From the sequence record ON528742: a DNA stretch of 64,000 bases. One strand, given 5' to 3'. Position numbers and translations under genes: made by a program. Positions 1-10,102 of this stretch are shown here, in pieces. The notes under the pieces were generated by a model that was not told where the DNA came from, did no database searches, and saw only the letters and a program-made list of their open reading frames with translations. How positions within the stretch are numbered: position 1 is the first letter of the stretch; every line of letters starts with the position of its first letter. Source of the stretch: Shigella phage ESh32.

Positions 1-228
1 GCACCTGCTCGTCATGCGTATTATGAAGCTATCGATCGTGAAGTAAGTAATAAATGGATTGAACTAATGCGCAAACATACTGCAGAATCCCTAAACGCCG
101 GTGCTAAATTTATTATGACTTCATGTGGTGAACGCCTTGAAGATGATTATTGCGGTAATGCAGATGAACGCCTAATTGTTGCTGCTCAAATTGTTGCGGA
201 AACAATTGCGGCTGATTTTAATCGTTAA
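1..228 (+). CDS. 3' end of upstream ORF, partial (position matches rpbA upstream of gene 45)
   Basis: Open frame from window edge to TAA at 226-228; identity by synteny only. Confidence 0.4.
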   Translation, partial: APARHAYYEAIDREVSNKWIELMRKHTAESLNAGAKFIMTSCGERLEDDYCGNADERLIVAAQIVAETIAADFNR

Positions 229-283
229 TTGCTTTATTAAATTAGTTATAAAATTAAATCTCATTTGAATTGAAGGAAATTAC

Positions 284-970
284 ATGAAACTGTCTAAAGA
301 TACACTGAATATTTTGAAAAATTTCGCTACTATTAACTCCGGTATTATGCTTAAATCCGGTCAATTTATTATGACTCGCGCAGTTAATGGTACAACTTAT
401 GCGGAAGCAAATATTTCTGACGTTATTGATTTTGATGTAGCAATTTACGATTTGAACGGTTTTCTCGGTATTCTGTCTCTAGTTAATGATGATGCAGAAA
501 TTTCCCAGTCAGAAGATGGAAATATTAAAATTGCTGATGCTCGCTCAACAATTTTTTGGCCAGCAGCCGATCCGAGTACAGTAGTTGCTCCTAATAAACC
601 AATTCCATTCCCGGTAGCATCTGTTGTTACTGAAATTAAAGCTGAAGACCTTCAACAGCTGTTGCGTGTATCTCGTGGTCTGCAAATTGATACAATTGCT
701 ATCACGGTAAAAGAAGGTAAAATCGTAATTAACGGTTTTAATAAAGTAGAAGATTCTGCTTTGACTCGTGTTAAATATTCTTTGACTCTTGGTGATTATG
801 ATGGTGAAAATACATTTAATTTCATTATCAATATGGCAAATATGAAAATGCAACCAGGAAATTATAAACTTCTGCTCTGGGCAAAAGGTAAACAAGGTGC
901 TGCTAAATTTGAAGGTGAACACGCGAATTATGTAGTAGCTCTTGAAGCTGATTCTACCCACGATTTTTAA
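284..970 (+). CDS. 45: DNA polymerase sliding clamp gp45
   Basis: 228 aa; sequence recognised as T4 gp45; followed by hairpin. Confidence 0.95.
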   Translation: MKLSKDTLNILKNFATINSGIMLKSGQFIMTRAVNGTTYAEANISDVIDFDVAIYDLNGFLGILSLVNDDAEISQSEDGNIKIADARSTIFWPAADPSTVVAPNKPIPFPVASVVTEIKAEDLQQLLRVSRGLQIDTIAITVKEGKIVINGFNKVEDSALTRVKYSLTLGDYDGENTFNFIINMANMKMQPGNYKLLLWAKGKQGAAKFEGEHANYVVALEADSTHDF

Positions 971-1021
971 TAGAGGGCTTCGGCCCTTTATAATTTACAC
1001 TAAAACTTGAATGAGGAAATT

Positions 1022-1981
1022 ATGATTACCGTAAATGAAAAAGAACACATTCTTGAACAGAAATATCGTCCATCTACTATCGATGAATGTATTCTTCCCG
1101 CCTTTGATAAAGAAACCTTTAAATCTATTACAAGTAAAGGTAAGATTCCACATATTATTCTTCATTCTCCTTCTCCAGGAACAGGTAAAACAACTGTAGC
1201 AAAAGCATTGTGTCATGATGTAAATGCTGATATGATGTTTGTGAATGGATCAGATTGTAAAATTGATTTCGTTCGTGGTCCTTTGACTAATTTTGCCAGT
1301 GCAGCTTCATTTGATGGTCGTCAAAAAGTAATCGTTATTGATGAATTTGACCGCTCAGGTTTAGCAGAATCTCAGCGACATCTTCGTTCCTTTATGGAAG
1401 CTTATAGTTCAAACTGTAGTATTATTATTACTGCTAACAATATTGATGGTATTATTAAACCGCTTCAGTCACGCTGCCGAGTTATTACATTCGGTCAACC
1501 GACCGATGAAGATAAAATTGAAATGATGAAGCAGATGATTCGTCGATTGACTGAAATCTGCAAGCATGAAGGAATTGCTATAGCTGATATGAAAGTTGTA
1601 GCAGCTTTGGTTAAAAAGAATTTTCCTGATTTTCGTAAAACTATTGGCGAGCTCGATAGTTATTCATCTAAAGGTGTTTTGGATGCTGGTATTTTATCAC
1701 TGGTTACTAACGATCGTGGTGCTATTGATGATGTTCTTGAGTCTCTCAAAAATAAAGATGTTAAACAACTCAGAGCTTTAGCACCAAAATATGCAGCTGA
1801 TTATTCGTGGTTCGTGGGTAAACTTGCCGAAGAAATCTATTCACGTGTAACTCCACAAAGTATTATTCGTATGTACGAAATTGTTGGTGAAAATAATCAG
1901 TATCATGGTATTGCAGCTAACACTGAATTACATTTAGCTTATCTTTTCATTCAATTAGCATGTGAAATGCAGTGGAAGTGA
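1022..1981 (+). CDS. 44: clamp loader large subunit gp44 (AAA+ ATPase)
   Basis: 319 aa from ATG after GAGGAAA; Walker A GTGKT; synteny. Confidence 0.93.
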
Positions 1982-1982
1982 T

Positions 1983-2546
1983 ATGAGCTTATTTGAAGAT
2001 GATATTCAATTAAACGAGCATCAAATTGCTTGGTATTCAAAAGATTGGACAGCTGTCCAATCCGCTGCTGATTCTTTTAAAGAAAAAGCTGAAAATGAGT
2101 TTTTTGAAATAATTGGAGCTATTAATAATAAAACTAAATGCTCTATTGCTCAAAAAGATTATTCAAAATTCATGGTTGAAAATGCATTATCACAATTTCC
2201 AGAGTGCATGCCAGCTGTATATGCTATGAATTTAATTGGATCAGGCTTAAGTGATGAAGCTCATTTTAATTATCTAATGGCTGCAGTTCCTCGTGGTAAA
2301 AGATATGGTAAATGGGCAAAACTAGTTGAAGATTCCACCGAAGTATTGATTATTAAGTTACTTGCTAAGCGGTATCAAGTTAATACAAATGATGCAATTA
2401 ACTATAAATCAATTCTTACTAAAAATGGAAAACTACCTTTAGTATTAAAAGAACTTAAAGGATTAGTCACGGATGATTTTTTGAAAGAAGTGACTAAGAA
2501 CGTAAAAGAACAGAAACAACTCAAAAAACTAGCATTGGAATGGTAA
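1983..2546 (+). CDS. 62: clamp loader small subunit gp62
   Basis: 187 aa; start overlaps gp44 stop; synteny. Confidence 0.88.
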   Translation: MSLFEDDIQLNEHQIAWYSKDWTAVQSAADSFKEKAENEFFEIIGAINNKTKCSIAQKDYSKFMVENALSQFPECMPAVYAMNLIGSGLSDEAHFNYLMAAVPRGKRYGKWAKLVEDSTEVLIIKLLAKRYQVNTNDAINYKSILTKNGKLPLVLKELKGLVTDDFLKEVTKNVKEQKQLKKLALEW

Positions 2547-2547
2547 A

Positions 2548-2916
2548 ATGATTGAAATTACTCTTAAAAAACCTGAAGATTTTCTGAAAGTAAAAGAAAC
2601 TTTGACTCGTATGGGAATTGCTAATAATAAAGATAAAGTTCTGTATCAGTCCTGTCATATTCTTCAGAAAAAAGGACTATACTATATCGTTCATTTTAAA
2701 GAAATGCTTCGTATGGATGGCCGTCAAGTTGAAATGACAGAAGAAGATGAAGTTCGTCGTGATTCAATTGCATGGCTATTAGAAGATTGGGGACTGATTG
2801 AAATCGTCCCTGGTCAAAGAACTTTTATGAAAGATTTAACTAATAACTTCCGAGTTATTTCTTTTAAACAAAAACATGAATGGAAACTCGTTCCTAAATA
2901 TACGATTGGTAATTAA
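2548..2916 (+). CDS. regA: translational repressor RegA
   Basis: 122 aa; position between 62 and 43. Confidence 0.88.
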   Translation: MIEITLKKPEDFLKVKETLTRMGIANNKDKVLYQSCHILQKKGLYYIVHFKEMLRMDGRQVEMTEEDEVRRDSIAWLLEDWGLIEIVPGQRTFMKDLTNNFRVISFKQKHEWKLVPKYTIGN

Positions 2917-2926
2917 GGTAAATTAT

Positions 2927-3163
2927 ATGACACAATCAGAGATTCAGTTTACCGAAGCTTTTCTAATATTCGAAAATCTAAAACAAGCATATGGTCTGTC
3001 TTCTACTCAACTGGTTTTTGACCTCCCGGAAGATAAACAAATAGAATTCCAAAAAGAATTCCAACGATTAGTTTACCCACGCCAACGCGCATTTCATGCG
3101 ATTATCAAAACCACAAATAAAGATGGCAAGTCCGTTATATCGCGTCGTACAATAGAAATTTAA
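2927..3163 (+). CDS. hypothetical small protein (78 aa) between regA and 43
   Basis: ORF with ATG, followed by hairpin. Confidence 0.5.
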   Translation: MTQSEIQFTEAFLIFENLKQAYGLSSTQLVFDLPEDKQIEFQKEFQRLVYPRQRAFHAIIKTTNKDGKSVISRRTIEI

Positions 3164-3167
3164 AGCA

Positions 3168-3185
3168 AAGGGGCTTCGGCCCCTT
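3168..3185 (+). terminator. GC-rich hairpin AAGGGGC-TTCG-GCCCCTT
   Basis: perfect inverted repeat with TTCG loop after stop codon. Confidence 0.6.
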
Positions 3186-3204
3186 ATTTGGAGTATAATA
3201 TATC

Positions 3205-3243
3205 AAGAGCCTAATAACTCGGGCTATAAACTAAGGAATATCT
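3205..3243 (+). promoter_or_regulatory. gene 43 translational operator (hairpin plus SD)
   Basis: AGAGCCTAATAACTCGGGCTATAAACTAAGGAATATCTATG matches remembered T4 gp43 operator. Confidence 0.6.
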
Positions 3244-5940
3244 ATGAAAGAATTTTATATCTCTATCGAAACAGTCGGAAATAATATTGTTGAACGTTAT
3301 ATTGACGAAAATGGAAAGGAACGTACTCGCGAAGTAGAATATCTTCCGACTATGTTTAGACATTGTAAGGAAGAATCAAAATACAAAGACATTTACGGTA
3401 AAAACTGCGCTCCTCAAAAATTTCCATCAATGAAAGATGCACGAGATTGGATGAAGCGAATGGAAGACATCGGTCTCGAAGCCCTCGGTATGAACGATTT
3501 TAAACTCGCTTATATCAGTGATACATATGGTTCAGAAATTGTTTATGACCGAAAATTTGTTCGTGTAGCTAACTGTGACATTGAGGTTACTGGTGATAAA
3601 TTTCCTGACCCAATGAAAGCTGAATATGAAATTGATGCTATCACTCATTACGATTCAATTGATGATCGTTTTTATGTTTTCGACCTTTTGAATTCAATGT
3701 ATGGTTCAGTATCAAAATGGGATGCAAAGTTAGCTGCTAAGCTTGACTGTGAAGGTGGTGATGAAGTTCCTCAAGAAATTCTTGACCGAGTAATTTATAT
3801 GCCATTCGATAATGAGCGTGATATGCTCATGGAATATATCAATCTCTGGGAACAGAAACGACCTGCTATTTTTACTGGTTGGAATATTGAGGGATTTGAC
3901 GTTCCGTATATCATGAATCGCGTTAAAATGGTTCTCGGTGAACGTAGTATGAAACGCTTCTCTCCAATCGGTCGAGTAAAATCTAAACTTATCCAAAATA
4001 TGTACGGTAGCAAAGAAATTTATTCTATTGATGGCGTATCTATTCTTGATTATTTAGATTTGTATAAGAAATTCGCATTTACTAATTTGCCGTCATTCTC
4101 TTTGGAATCAGTTGCTCAGCATGAAACCAAAAAAGGTAAATTACCATACGACGGTCCTATTAATAAACTTCGTGAGACTAATCATCAACGATACATTAGT
4201 TATAACATCATTGACGTAGAATCAGTTCAAGCAATTGATAAAATTCGCGGGTTTATCGATCTAGTTTTAAGTATGTCTTATTACGCTAAAATGCCTTTTT
4301 CTGGTGTAATGAGTCCTATTAAAACCTGGGATGCTATTATTTTTAACTCATTGAAAGGTGAACACAAGGTTATTCCTCAACAAGGTTCGCATGTTAAACA
4401 GAGTTTTCCGGGTGCATTTGTATTTGAACCTAAACCAATTGCTCGTCGATATATTATGAGTTTTGACTTGACGTCTCTGTATCCGAGCATTATTCGTCAG
4501 GTTAACATTAGTCCTGAGACTATTCGTGGTCAGTTTAAAGTTCATCCAATTCATGAATATATCGCAGGAACAGCTCCTAAACCGAGTGATGAATATTCTT
4601 GTTCTCCGAATGGATGGATGTACGATAAGCATCAAGAAGGTATCATTCCAAAGGAAATCGCTAAAGTATTTTTCCAGCGTAAAGATTGGAAAAAGAAAAT
4701 GTTCGCTGAAGAAATGAATGCCGAAGCTATTAAAAAGATTATTATGAAAGGCTCAGGGTCTTGTTCAACTAAACCTGAAGTTGAACGATATGTTAAGTTC
4801 AGTGATGATTTCTTAAATGAACTATCGAATTATACTGAATCTGTTCTCAATAGTTTGATTGAAGAATGTGAAAAAGCGGCTACACTTGCTAATACAAATC
4901 AGCTGAACCGTAAAATTCTTATTAACAGTCTTTATGGTGCTCTTGGTAATATTCATTTCCGTTACTATGATTTGCGAAATGCTACTGCTATCACAATTTT
5001 CGGCCAAGTTGGTATTCAGTGGATTGCTCGTAAAATTAATGAATATCTGAATAAAGTATGCGGAACTAATGGCGAAGATTTCATTGCAGCAGGTGATACT
5101 GATTCGGTATATGTTTGTGTAGATAAAGTTATTGAAAAAGTTGGTCTTGACCGATTCAAAGAGCAGAACGATTTAGTTGAATTCATGAATCAGTTCGGTA
5201 AGAAAAAGATGGAACCTATGATTGATGTTGCATATCGTGAGTTATGTGATTATATGAATAACCGCGAGCATCTGATGCATATGGACCGTGAAGCTATTTC
5301 TTGCCCTCCACTTGGTTCAAAGGGCGTTGGTGGATTTTGGAAAGCGAAAAAGCGTTATGCTCTGAACGTATATGATATGGAAGATAAGCGTTTTGCTGAA
5401 CCGCATCTAAAAATCATGGGTATGGAAACTCAGCAAAGTTCAACGCCTAAAGCAGTTCAAGAAGCTCTTGAAGAAAGTATTCGTCGTATTCTTCAAGAAG
5501 GCGAAGAGTCTGTTCAAGAATATTATAAGAACTTTGAGAAAGAATATCGTCAACTTGACTATAAAGTTATTGCTGAAGTAAAAACTGCGAACGATATAGC
5601 GAAATATGATGATAAAGGTTGGCCAGGATTTAAATGCCCGTTCCATATTCGTGGGGTGCTAACTTATCGTCGAGCTGTTAACGGTTTAGGTGTAGCTCCA
5701 ATTTTGGATGGAAATAAGGTAATGGTTCTTCCATTACGTGAGGGAAATCCATTTGGTGACAAATGCATTGCTTGGCCGTCGGGTACAGAACTTCCAAAAG
5801 AAATTCGTTCTGACGTACTGTCTTGGATTGACTACTCAACTTTGTTCCAAAAATCGTTTGTTAAACCGCTTGCAGGCATGTGTGAATCGGCTGGTATGGA
5901 CTATGAAGAAAAAGCTTCGTTAGACTTCCTGTTTGGCTGA
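3244..5940 (+). CDS. 43: DNA polymerase gp43 (family B, 3'-5' exonuclease)
   Basis: 898 aa; motifs DxE, YGDTDS, KKRY. Confidence 0.97.
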   Translation: MKEFYISIETVGNNIVERYIDENGKERTREVEYLPTMFRHCKEESKYKDIYGKNCAPQKFPSMKDARDWMKRMEDIGLEALGMNDFKLAYISDTYGSEIVYDRKFVRVANCDIEVTGDKFPDPMKAEYEIDAITHYDSIDDRFYVFDLLNSMYGSVSKWDAKLAAKLDCEGGDEVPQEILDRVIYMPFDNERDMLMEYINLWEQKRPAIFTGWNIEGFDVPYIMNRVKMVLGERSMKRFSPIGRVKSKLIQNMYGSKEIYSIDGVSILDYLDLYKKFAFTNLPSFSLESVAQHETKKGKLPYDGPINKLRETNHQRYISYNIIDVESVQAIDKIRGFIDLVLSMSYYAKMPFSGVMSPIKTWDAIIFNSLKGEHKVIPQQGSHVKQSFPGAFVFEPKPIARRYIMSFDLTSLYPSIIRQVNISPETIRGQFKVHPIHEYIAGTAPKPSDEYSCSPNGWMYDKHQEGIIPKEIAKVFFQRKDWKKKMFAEEMNAEAIKKIIMKGSGSCSTKPEVERYVKFSDDFLNELSNYTESVLNSLIEECEKAATLANTNQLNRKILINSLYGALGNIHFRYYDLRNATAITIFGQVGIQWIARKINEYLNKVCGTNGEDFIAAGDTDSVYVCVDKVIEKVGLDRFKEQNDLVEFMNQFGKKKMEPMIDVAYRELCDYMNNREHLMHMDREAISCPPLGSKGVGGFWKAKKRYALNVYDMEDKRFAEPHLKIMGMETQQSSTPKAVQEALEESIRRILQEGEESVQEYYKNFEKEYRQLDYKVIAEVKTANDIAKYDDKGWPGFKCPFHIRGVLTYRRAVNGLGVAPILDGNKVMVLPLREGNPFGDKCIAWPSGTELPKEIRSDVLSWIDYSTLFQKSFVKPLAGMCESAGMDYEEKASLDFLFG

Positions 5941-5953
5941 TAGAATAAATCTA

Positions 5954-5974
5954 GGGACCTCCGGGTCCCTTTTT
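5954..5974 (+). terminator. stem-loop GGGACC..GGGTCCC plus T-run
   Basis: inverted repeat followed by TTTTT. Confidence 0.7.
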
Positions 5975-6057
5975 CATACAAGTAATATAAATCTATACTT
6001 ATGAAAAACAGATGATTCTGGACCTTTAGAATTCATTAAAAATTTTTTCACAAAACT

Positions 6058-6087
6058 GTTTACAAGACTGTTCTTCCATGGTACTAT
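6058..6087 (+). promoter_or_regulatory. early promoter (GTTTAC, 18 bp, TACTAT)
   Basis: -35 GTTTAC 6058-6063, -10 at 6082-6087. Confidence 0.65.
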
Positions 6088-6124
6088 ATCAATATCAACT
6101 ACTGATACGGATTTGGAGAATGAA

Positions 6125-6505
6125 ATGAAAATCGCTATTTTGGTTATTGCATTAGGTCTTACTGGTTGTGTGGCTCAAGGACCGGTAGTAAATCAGTCTG
6201 ATGTAGGAAAAATTGTAAACTGTTCAAGCAAATTTTATAATCCTAATGTCAAGTGTTATAAAGAAGCTCCAAATCAAACAGTCGAACAAATGCAGGCGAA
6301 TTTTGACGAAGCTATTCGTCCAGATGAATCTGCTCAAGCATATCGTAATTCTGATGTAATTACACGCGAAGAAAAAATTGAAAACTACTGCGCCGAGCTT
6401 TGGGCTAATTGGGCTAATAATTACCAATGGCGTACTGGTAAAAATGCTCCGATGGAGTATGTAGTGAATTCTTATAATTCATGTGTAAAAAATTTGACTA
6501 AGTGA
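6125..6505 (+). CDS. predicted lipoprotein (imm.1-like position)
   Basis: N-terminal signal with lipobox LTGC; SD GGAGAA. Confidence 0.6.
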   Translation: MKIAILVIALGLTGCVAQGPVVNQSDVGKIVNCSSKFYNPNVKCYKEAPNQTVEQMQANFDEAIRPDESAQAYRNSDVITREEKIENYCAELWANWANNYQWRTGKNAPMEYVVNSYNSCVKNLTK

Positions 6506-6512
6506 GGAAAAC

Positions 6513-6764
6513 ATGGAAACTTTAGTAGCAGGTTCAATTTTTATGGTTTTAGTTTCAGGTGTGTTGGCTATTATTATATACATGCTTCCATGGTTCATTG
6601 CCTTGATGCGTGGGTCAAAATCGACAGTAGGAATCTTTTTCACATCTTTACTGTTTAACTGGTCAATTATTGGTTGGTTTATTACATTTATTTGGTCAAT
6701 TGCGGGTGAAACTAAAAAGTCTGCACAACCAAATCAGGTAATTATCATCAGAGAGAAGGAATGA
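6513..6764 (+). CDS. imm: superinfection immunity membrane protein Imm
   Basis: 83 aa, two TM helices, synteny 43-imm-42. Confidence 0.85.
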   Translation: METLVAGSIFMVLVSGVLAIIIYMLPWFIALMRGSKSTVGIFFTSLLFNWSIIGWFITFIWSIAGETKKSAQPNQVIIIREKE

Positions 6765-6910
6765 AAAGCAAAATTATAGCAGTGTTGCTTTTAATCTTGA
6801 TGATTATAATAAGTATATACTATAGTGTAACGGTTCCTCTTATGATTCCAACTATTATTTTAGGTTGGGGTTTATTACTGTTACAAGTTAAATATGAATG
6901 TATCAATTGA
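6761..6910 (+). CDS. small hydrophobic protein (49 aa)
   Basis: ATGA overlap with imm stop; TM-like. Confidence 0.45.
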   Translation: MKSKIIAVLLLILMIIISIYYSVTVPLMIPTIILGWGLLLLQVKYECIN

Positions 6911-6917
6911 GGTTTAA

Positions 6918-7658
6918 ATGATTAGTGACTCTATGACAGTTGAAGAAATCCGTCTTCATTTGGGGCTTGCATTAAAAGAAAAAGATTTCGTAGTTGATAA
7001 AACTGGTGTTAAAACTATTGAAATTATTGGCGCATCATTTGTAGCAGATGAACCGTTTATTTTTGGCGCTCTTAATGATGAATACATTCAGCGTGAACTT
7101 GAATGGTATAAATCTAAGAGCTTGTTTGTTAAAGATATTCCAGGTGAAACACCAAAGATTTGGCAGCAGGTCGCATCTTCTAAAGGCGAAATTAATTCGA
7201 ATTACGGTTGGGCTATTTGGTCAGAAGATAACTACGCCCAGTATGATATGTGTTTAGCTGAACTTGGTCAAAACCCTGATTCTCGACGTGGTATTATGAT
7301 TTATACTCGTCCATCCATGCAATTTGACTACAATAAAGATGGTATGTCAGATTTCATGTGTACTAATACAGTACAGTACCTGATTCGTGATAAGAAAGTC
7401 AATGCAGTAGTAAGCATGCGCTCAAATGACGTGGTCTTCGGATTCCGTAATGATTATGCATGGCAAAAATACGTATTAGATAAATTAGTATTTGATTTGA
7501 ATGCCGGCGATTCAACTCGTCAGTATAAAGCAGGTTCTATTATATGGAATGTCGGAAGTCTTCATGTATATTCTCGTCATTTTTACTTGGTTGATCATTG
7601 GTGGAATACTGGCGAAACTCATATTGTGAAAAAAGACTATAAAGGTGAGTGGAAATGA
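6918..7658 (+). CDS. 42: dCMP hydroxymethylase gp42
   Basis: 246 aa; thymidylate-synthase-like fold; synteny. Confidence 0.93.
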   Translation: MISDSMTVEEIRLHLGLALKEKDFVVDKTGVKTIEIIGASFVADEPFIFGALNDEYIQRELEWYKSKSLFVKDIPGETPKIWQQVASSKGEINSNYGWAIWSEDNYAQYDMCLAELGQNPDSRRGIMIYTRPSMQFDYNKDGMSDFMCTNTVQYLIRDKKVNAVVSMRSNDVVFGFRNDYAWQKYVLDKLVFDLNAGDSTRQYKAGSIIWNVGSLHVYSRHFYLVDHWWNTGETHIVKKDYKGEWK

Positions 7659-8497
7659 TTCAATTCGTAATTCCAAGTTATCAGCGTGTCGGGGCAGTTT
7701 CTGCCCTTGATATGTTTCCGACTGATTATGAACCCCATATTGTAGTGCGTGAACATGAAGAAAAAGCTTATTATGATGCCTATGGGTCTAGAGCTAAAAT
7801 TATAACTATTCCTGATGATGTAAACGGAATTGCCGGTACTCGTAAAGCAATTACTGATATGTATGCAGGTCAACGAATCTGGATGATTGACGATGATACT
7901 ACTATTCGTATGAGTTCAATGCGAAAAAGAGATGACCGTCGTTGTGTGGATAAAGTCAATCAATTAACCCGTGAACAGTTCTATGAATTGATTCAATACG
8001 TCGAAGATGCCATGGATTGTGGGTATTATCACGGTCATGCTCGTCTACCTATTTTTAAAATTACTTCATCTTGGGGTAATTATCGTGAAAATTCATATGG
8101 ATTCACGAATACATGGTATGACCTCGGAAAACTTACTACAGAACAAATTGGGTATGGAAAAATTGATTTGTGCGAAGATATGTATGCATTTCTCAATTTA
8201 ATTAATCAAGGTTATCCGCATTTGGCCTTGTTCAAATATCTGGTTGTATCTGGAAAAGCACAAGCTCCTGGCGGGTGCAGTTCAATTCGTAGTAATTCTA
8301 AACATAATAGAGCGCTTGAGCAAATCAATAGAGAGTTTCCAGAGCAAGCTCGTTGGAAAACTTCTAATATTGAAAAACGAAAATCGTTGGGTGAAGAAGA
8401 CGAGCCATTAAAGGTTCTTCGCATGTGTGTTTCGCGCAAAGAAAAATCAGAAGCATTTCATAAGTTTAATGCTATTCATCCGATAGCAGTTGATTAA
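7655..8497 (+). CDS. putative HMC-DNA glucosyltransferase, T2/T6 type (280 aa) at the locus where T4 has beta-gt
   Basis: position between 42 and uvsX; size unlike the 351-aa T4 beta-gt as remembered. Confidence 0.5.
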   Translation: MIQFVIPSYQRVGAVSALDMFPTDYEPHIVVREHEEKAYYDAYGSRAKIITIPDDVNGIAGTRKAITDMYAGQRIWMIDDDTTIRMSSMRKRDDRRCVDKVNQLTREQFYELIQYVEDAMDCGYYHGHARLPIFKITSSWGNYRENSYGFTNTWYDLGKLTTEQIGYGKIDLCEDMYAFLNLINQGYPHLALFKYLVVSGKAQAPGGCSSIRSNSKHNRALEQINREFPEQARWKTSNIEKRKSLGEEDEPLKVLRMCVSRKEKSEAFHKFNAIHPIAVD

Positions 8498-8574
8498 TGC
8501 CTAAATTTATTGTGTTATAATTACTCTATCTTTAACCAGTGAGGAAAATATAATGATGCCTATGGAAAAAATGA

Positions 8575-9756
8575 ATGTCTATTGCAGATTTAAAATCCCG
8601 TTTGATTAAAGCTTCAACTTCTAAAATGACTGCTGAACTGACTACATCTAAATTCTTTAATGAAAAGGATGTAATCCGTACAAAAATCCCAATGCTTAAT
8701 ATTGCTATTTCTGGTGCGATTGATGGCGGCATGCAGTCTGGTTTAACTATTTTCGCAGGGCCTTCTAAACACTTTAAATCAAATATGTCTTTGACTATGG
8801 TTGCGGCATATTTGAACAAATATCCTGACGCGGTTTGTCTATTCTATGATAGCGAATTTGGTATCACTCCAGCTTATTTGCGATCTATGGGAGTTGACCC
8901 GGAACGAGTAATTCATACACCAATCCAGTCAGTTGAACAGCTGAAAATTGATATGGTGAACCAGCTTGAAGCTATTGAGCGTGGTGAAAAGGTTATTGTA
9001 TTCATCGACTCAATTGGTAATATGGCTTCTAAGAAAGAAACGGAAGATGCCTTGAATGAAAAATCTGTGGCAGATATGACTCGTGCTAAATCACTGAAGT
9101 CATTATTCCGTATTGTTACTCCTTACTTTAGCATTAAAAATATTCCATGTGTTGCGGTTAACCATACAATTGAAACAATTGAAATGTTTAGTAAAACCGT
9201 GATGACAGGCGGTACAGGCGTAATGTATTCGGCTGATACTGTATTCATTATCGGTAAACGTCAGATTAAAGATGGTTCTGATCTTCAGGGATATCAATTT
9301 GTTCTAAATGTAGAAAAATCTCGTACCGTTAAAGAAAAAAGTAAATTCTTTATTGATGTTAAATTTGACGGTGGTATCGATCCTTATTCTGGATTGTTAG
9401 ATATGGCTCTAGAATTAGGATTTGTAGTAAAACCTAAAAATGGCTGGTATGCTCGTGAATTTCTTGACGAAGAAACCGGTGAGATGATTCGCGAAGAAAA
9501 ATCTTGGCGTGCAAAAGATACCAACTGCACTACATTCTGGGGTCCTTTATTTAAGCATCAACCATTCCGAGATGCTATTAAACGTGCTTATCAGTTAGGT
9601 GCTATTGATAGTAATGAAATTGTTGAAGCTGAAGTTGATGAATTGATTAACTCAAAGGTTGAAAAATTTAAATCTCCAGAAAGTAAAAGTAAATCAGCAG
9701 CTGATTTAGAAACTGACCTCGAGCAGTTAAGTGATATGGAAGAATTTAATGAATAA
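8575..9756 (+). CDS. uvsX: recombinase UvsX (RecA-like)
   Basis: 393 aa; Walker A GPSKHFKS; synteny. Confidence 0.95.
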   Translation: MSIADLKSRLIKASTSKMTAELTTSKFFNEKDVIRTKIPMLNIAISGAIDGGMQSGLTIFAGPSKHFKSNMSLTMVAAYLNKYPDAVCLFYDSEFGITPAYLRSMGVDPERVIHTPIQSVEQLKIDMVNQLEAIERGEKVIVFIDSIGNMASKKETEDALNEKSVADMTRAKSLKSLFRIVTPYFSIKNIPCVAVNHTIETIEMFSKTVMTGGTGVMYSADTVFIIGKRQIKDGSDLQGYQFVLNVEKSRTVKEKSKFFIDVKFDGGIDPYSGLLDMALELGFVVKPKNGWYAREFLDEETGEMIREEKSWRAKDTNCTTFWGPLFKHQPFRDAIKRAYQLGAIDSNEIVEAEVDELINSKVEKFKSPESKSKSAADLETDLEQLSDMEEFNE

Positions 9757-10093
9757 AGATGATTTAGACTTAGATCTAGAAATTATCGATGAATCCCCCT
9801 CTTCGGAGGGGGAAGAAGAAAGAAAAGAACGTCTTTTTAATGAGTCTCTTAAGATAATTAAATCCGCTATGGAAAATGTTATCCAGGAGATTGTCATTAA
9901 ACTAGAAGATGGTTCTACACACATTGTGTATGTGACAAAATTAGATTGGGTTAATGGAAAAGTCGTAATGGACTTTGCTGTTCTTGACCAAGAAAGAAAA
10001 GCTGAGTTAGCTCCTCATGTAGAAAAATGTATTACAATGCAACTACAAGATGCATTTAATAAAAGGTCAAAGAAAAAGTTTAAATTCTTTTAA
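9749..10093 (+). CDS. 40: gp40 head vertex assembly protein
   Basis: 114 aa between uvsX and 41. Confidence 0.65.
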   Translation: MNKDDLDLDLEIIDESPSSEGEEERKERLFNESLKIIKSAMENVIQEIVIKLEDGSTHIVYVTKLDWVNGKVVMDFAVLDQERKAELAPHVEKCITMQLQDAFNKRSKKKFKFF

Positions 10094-10102
10094 GGAGTAA
10101 GT

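Noticed and set aside
545-961. 138-aa minus-strand ORF inside gene 45
   Set aside because: Antisense to a confidently identified gene, no ribosome-binding site, low-complexity translation; typical AT-rich antisense frame.
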